Below, one piece after another: positions 61,513 to 64,000 of a stretch of DNA of 64,000 bases. Source of the DNA: Chrysomallon squamiferum (lineage: Eukaryota; Animalia; Mollusca). The stretch lies in NCBI GenBank assembly GCA_012295275.1, contig CM022670.1, positions 38,378,001 to 38,442,000 of the forward strand, written 5' to 3'. Each line of letters opens with the position of its first letter. The first letter of the stretch is position 1. A program made the position numbers and the translations under genes. The notes beneath the pieces are model-generated. The model saw only the letters and a list, made by a program, of their open reading frames with translations, was not told the DNA's origin and made no database searches.

Positions 61513-62476
61513 CTGTCTCGCGTTGCTATTGGTTTTTTCTTCCTGTTACTCTTTGGCTTCGATCTTCTTTTCCTTCTTCTTTTCCGTCTACTAAAAACAC
61601 ACAAACACTTTTTTTTTTAACTCCAGCTTCTAAATACACGAACAGTTATTTCTCAGATGAACGTACTTCATTCCCAAATCAGTGGGGAAAAAAATAAATA
61701 AAAAGAATGTTTTTTAAAAAAAAAGTATATATATGTTCCCCTATAAACTCCACATTCTCTGCTCCTGTTGCTGAAAGCAGTTTTTGTTAACAGTCTGTTT
61801 TGGAAACGGTTTAAAACGGTTCTCGCTCACGTCAATAGAAGAAATACTAATGAAGGAGAAAGAAAAAAAAAATCCCGTACTGGCGACAGAGGCCGTGAGA
61901 GGATTACCACAGGTAAGCGGATTATACAGATAACAGTTTTAAGATTTTTCATGCATGAGGTGTGTTTTGACAACTGTCCGATAAAATGCTCTGACAACAA
62001 GTCACGAAGATCAATTGTTAAAAAAAAAAAAAAATAACCGGTAATTGTTAATAATGAGTTACGTGTTTGAATAAACAAGAAGAAGAAGAAAGAAAAAAAA
62101 AAAATAGAAAAAAGACAGAAAGACAGTATGACAATGATGATTTATTTTTGTAAACTAATTGGACAATGTCACGCTTTGTCTCTTTGTTGTAAAGCAAATG
62201 TTCGTTTATTATTATAATTATTGTTGTTGTTGTTGTTGTTTTTATTGCTGTTGATGCACTGTTGTTGATGTTGTTGTTATAGTTAATCTATTGTTCGTGT
62301 ATTTTCTGTTCTCGCAAGTTCTTTTTATAAATAATTTTCATCACTACGGTTTTTTATTTGTTATTCTTTATTTTAATTTCTTCCTTTCTCTCTCTCCGCT
62401 CTATTTAATTTCTACTTTGTTTTTCTTTTTTTACTTTTCTTTTCTGTTTCTCATTTTATTTATTTTTAAATTTTAA

Positions 62477-62530
<54 letters not shown>

Positions 62531-62788
62531 CTGTGAAAAGAGGCTAATCCGATTTTGAGATAATAATAAAACACGGTGTGACGTTGCCCATTGACGACTG
62601 CAATTTTTCCATCAGACTTAAAAACAGCCGTCATTATTCATTAACTCAGACACAGTAACACACAAATAGCTGCTAGCAGGGGTTATTTGCTTCTCTTTCT
62701 TTATGACTGTTTAACTGAGCAATCAGCGAGACACAATTATTTCTTCGTATTTTTTTTCTGTTTTTGTTTGCGTGAGTGTGTGTGTGTG

Positions 62789-62833
<45 letters not shown>

Positions 62834-62944
62834 ATAATGATAGAACGAAATATACAGCATATGGAACTGAGATTACACTTATGTGAAATTCTTTATATGC
62901 AAAAACTGTTAATTGTTTAAGCAATGAATTCGTATACAATATAA

Positions 62945-62980
<36 letters not shown>

Positions 62981-63455
62981 CATAAAAAAATAATAATAAT
63001 AATAATAAGTTAGCTGTTATTAGGGCTCACGTTATGATTTTGTGAGAGTGCAAAACTTCTTTTTAACTATTGTTTTAATTGGAGTAATATTGATAACCAG
63101 GGAGATGTTTAGCACGCCTGTCATGGGCACGGCTACAGACCTCTACGTAGGTGTGTTGAAGACTGATCTTTGTTCGCTGTGTAATTTTATAACATAAATC
63201 TGTTCAGGTTTTAACTGTTCAGACGTGCGTCTGTATCTCATTTAGTGTTCTGATTAAAAACTGTTTGCTCATTAGCATCAAGGGCACTTTTATTTTCAAT
63301 TAGTCGCGAATAGTAAAGTGCACACCTTATCTTTTAATCCAGAGCACAGGCTGAAACATTTATCCTGCTCAACGCTTCTCAGCGAGTGATTTAACCTACC
63401 TGTCACAGGTAAATGTGATTATAAACTCAATAACCTTAACTACTTACAAAAAAAA

Positions 63456-63486
<31 letters not shown>

Positions 63487-64000
63487 AAAGAGAAAGAAAA
63501 GCACTAATAATTAGTACGATTGTTATAATACGTTATGGTGTCGGGAGTTTAATCTGCCTTTAAATCGTTTTAATCACTAATCCGTGACAATCCGATTAAC
63601 TTCTATCCTTTCTTTAATCCATCAAGTGTCGACTTTTTTTCTCTCCCCCAAGCACACGAGTTACTTAATAATACTTATTATCATTTCATTAATCCATTTA
63701 ACTCTTTATCTTTCTTTTCTTTTCTTTTTTTTTTCCATATTAATCGCTTAATGGCGAGTATTTCTGTGCTTTCACAACTTCTTTCTTGCATAAAAAACGC
63801 TTAAATTATATCATAATACACAATCGTAGATAACAAGATTTTTTTTTTTTTTTTTTCTGGAAGCTAAAACAAAACAATGAAAAAAAAAAAAGACCAGCAG
63901 TAAAGCAAAAGCGATTTAAATATATTTTCATAACTCAGTAACTGCCTTCTCGGTAAGTGTGTTTGTTTGAGAACTAACGCATTGAGAGTCAGTGGATGTG

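Overview
Animal genomic DNA: AT-rich, intron-rich and full of microsatellites, probably a mollusc or gastropod (inferred, low confidence). It holds a complete 12-exon DIMT1 gene (18S rRNA dimethyladenosine transferase, minus strand, with one GC-AG intron). DIMT1 sits inside a tandem array of three paralogous plus-strand hillarin/KY-like genes: A (3' end only), B and C. B and C start with an MGxxxS myristoylation motif, then carry a transglutaminase-like domain lacking the catalytic Cys/His and four KY/hillarin Ig-like repeats. All three paralogs end in a domain that reads as a dynein heavy-chain stalk-head microtubule-binding domain (MTBD) with no motor attached. RFX X-box motifs upstream of C suggest a ciliary membrane-to-microtubule tether family (inference). 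The right end has two single-exon paralogous ORFs sharing a C-terminal WDKLKxCRYLR motif, plus an inverted, internally deleted pseudogene copy about 30 kb away. The rest is MITEs, SINE-like remnants, splice-site-derived tandem repeats and an intronic foldback. All exon models were read by hand; no alignments or searches were run.
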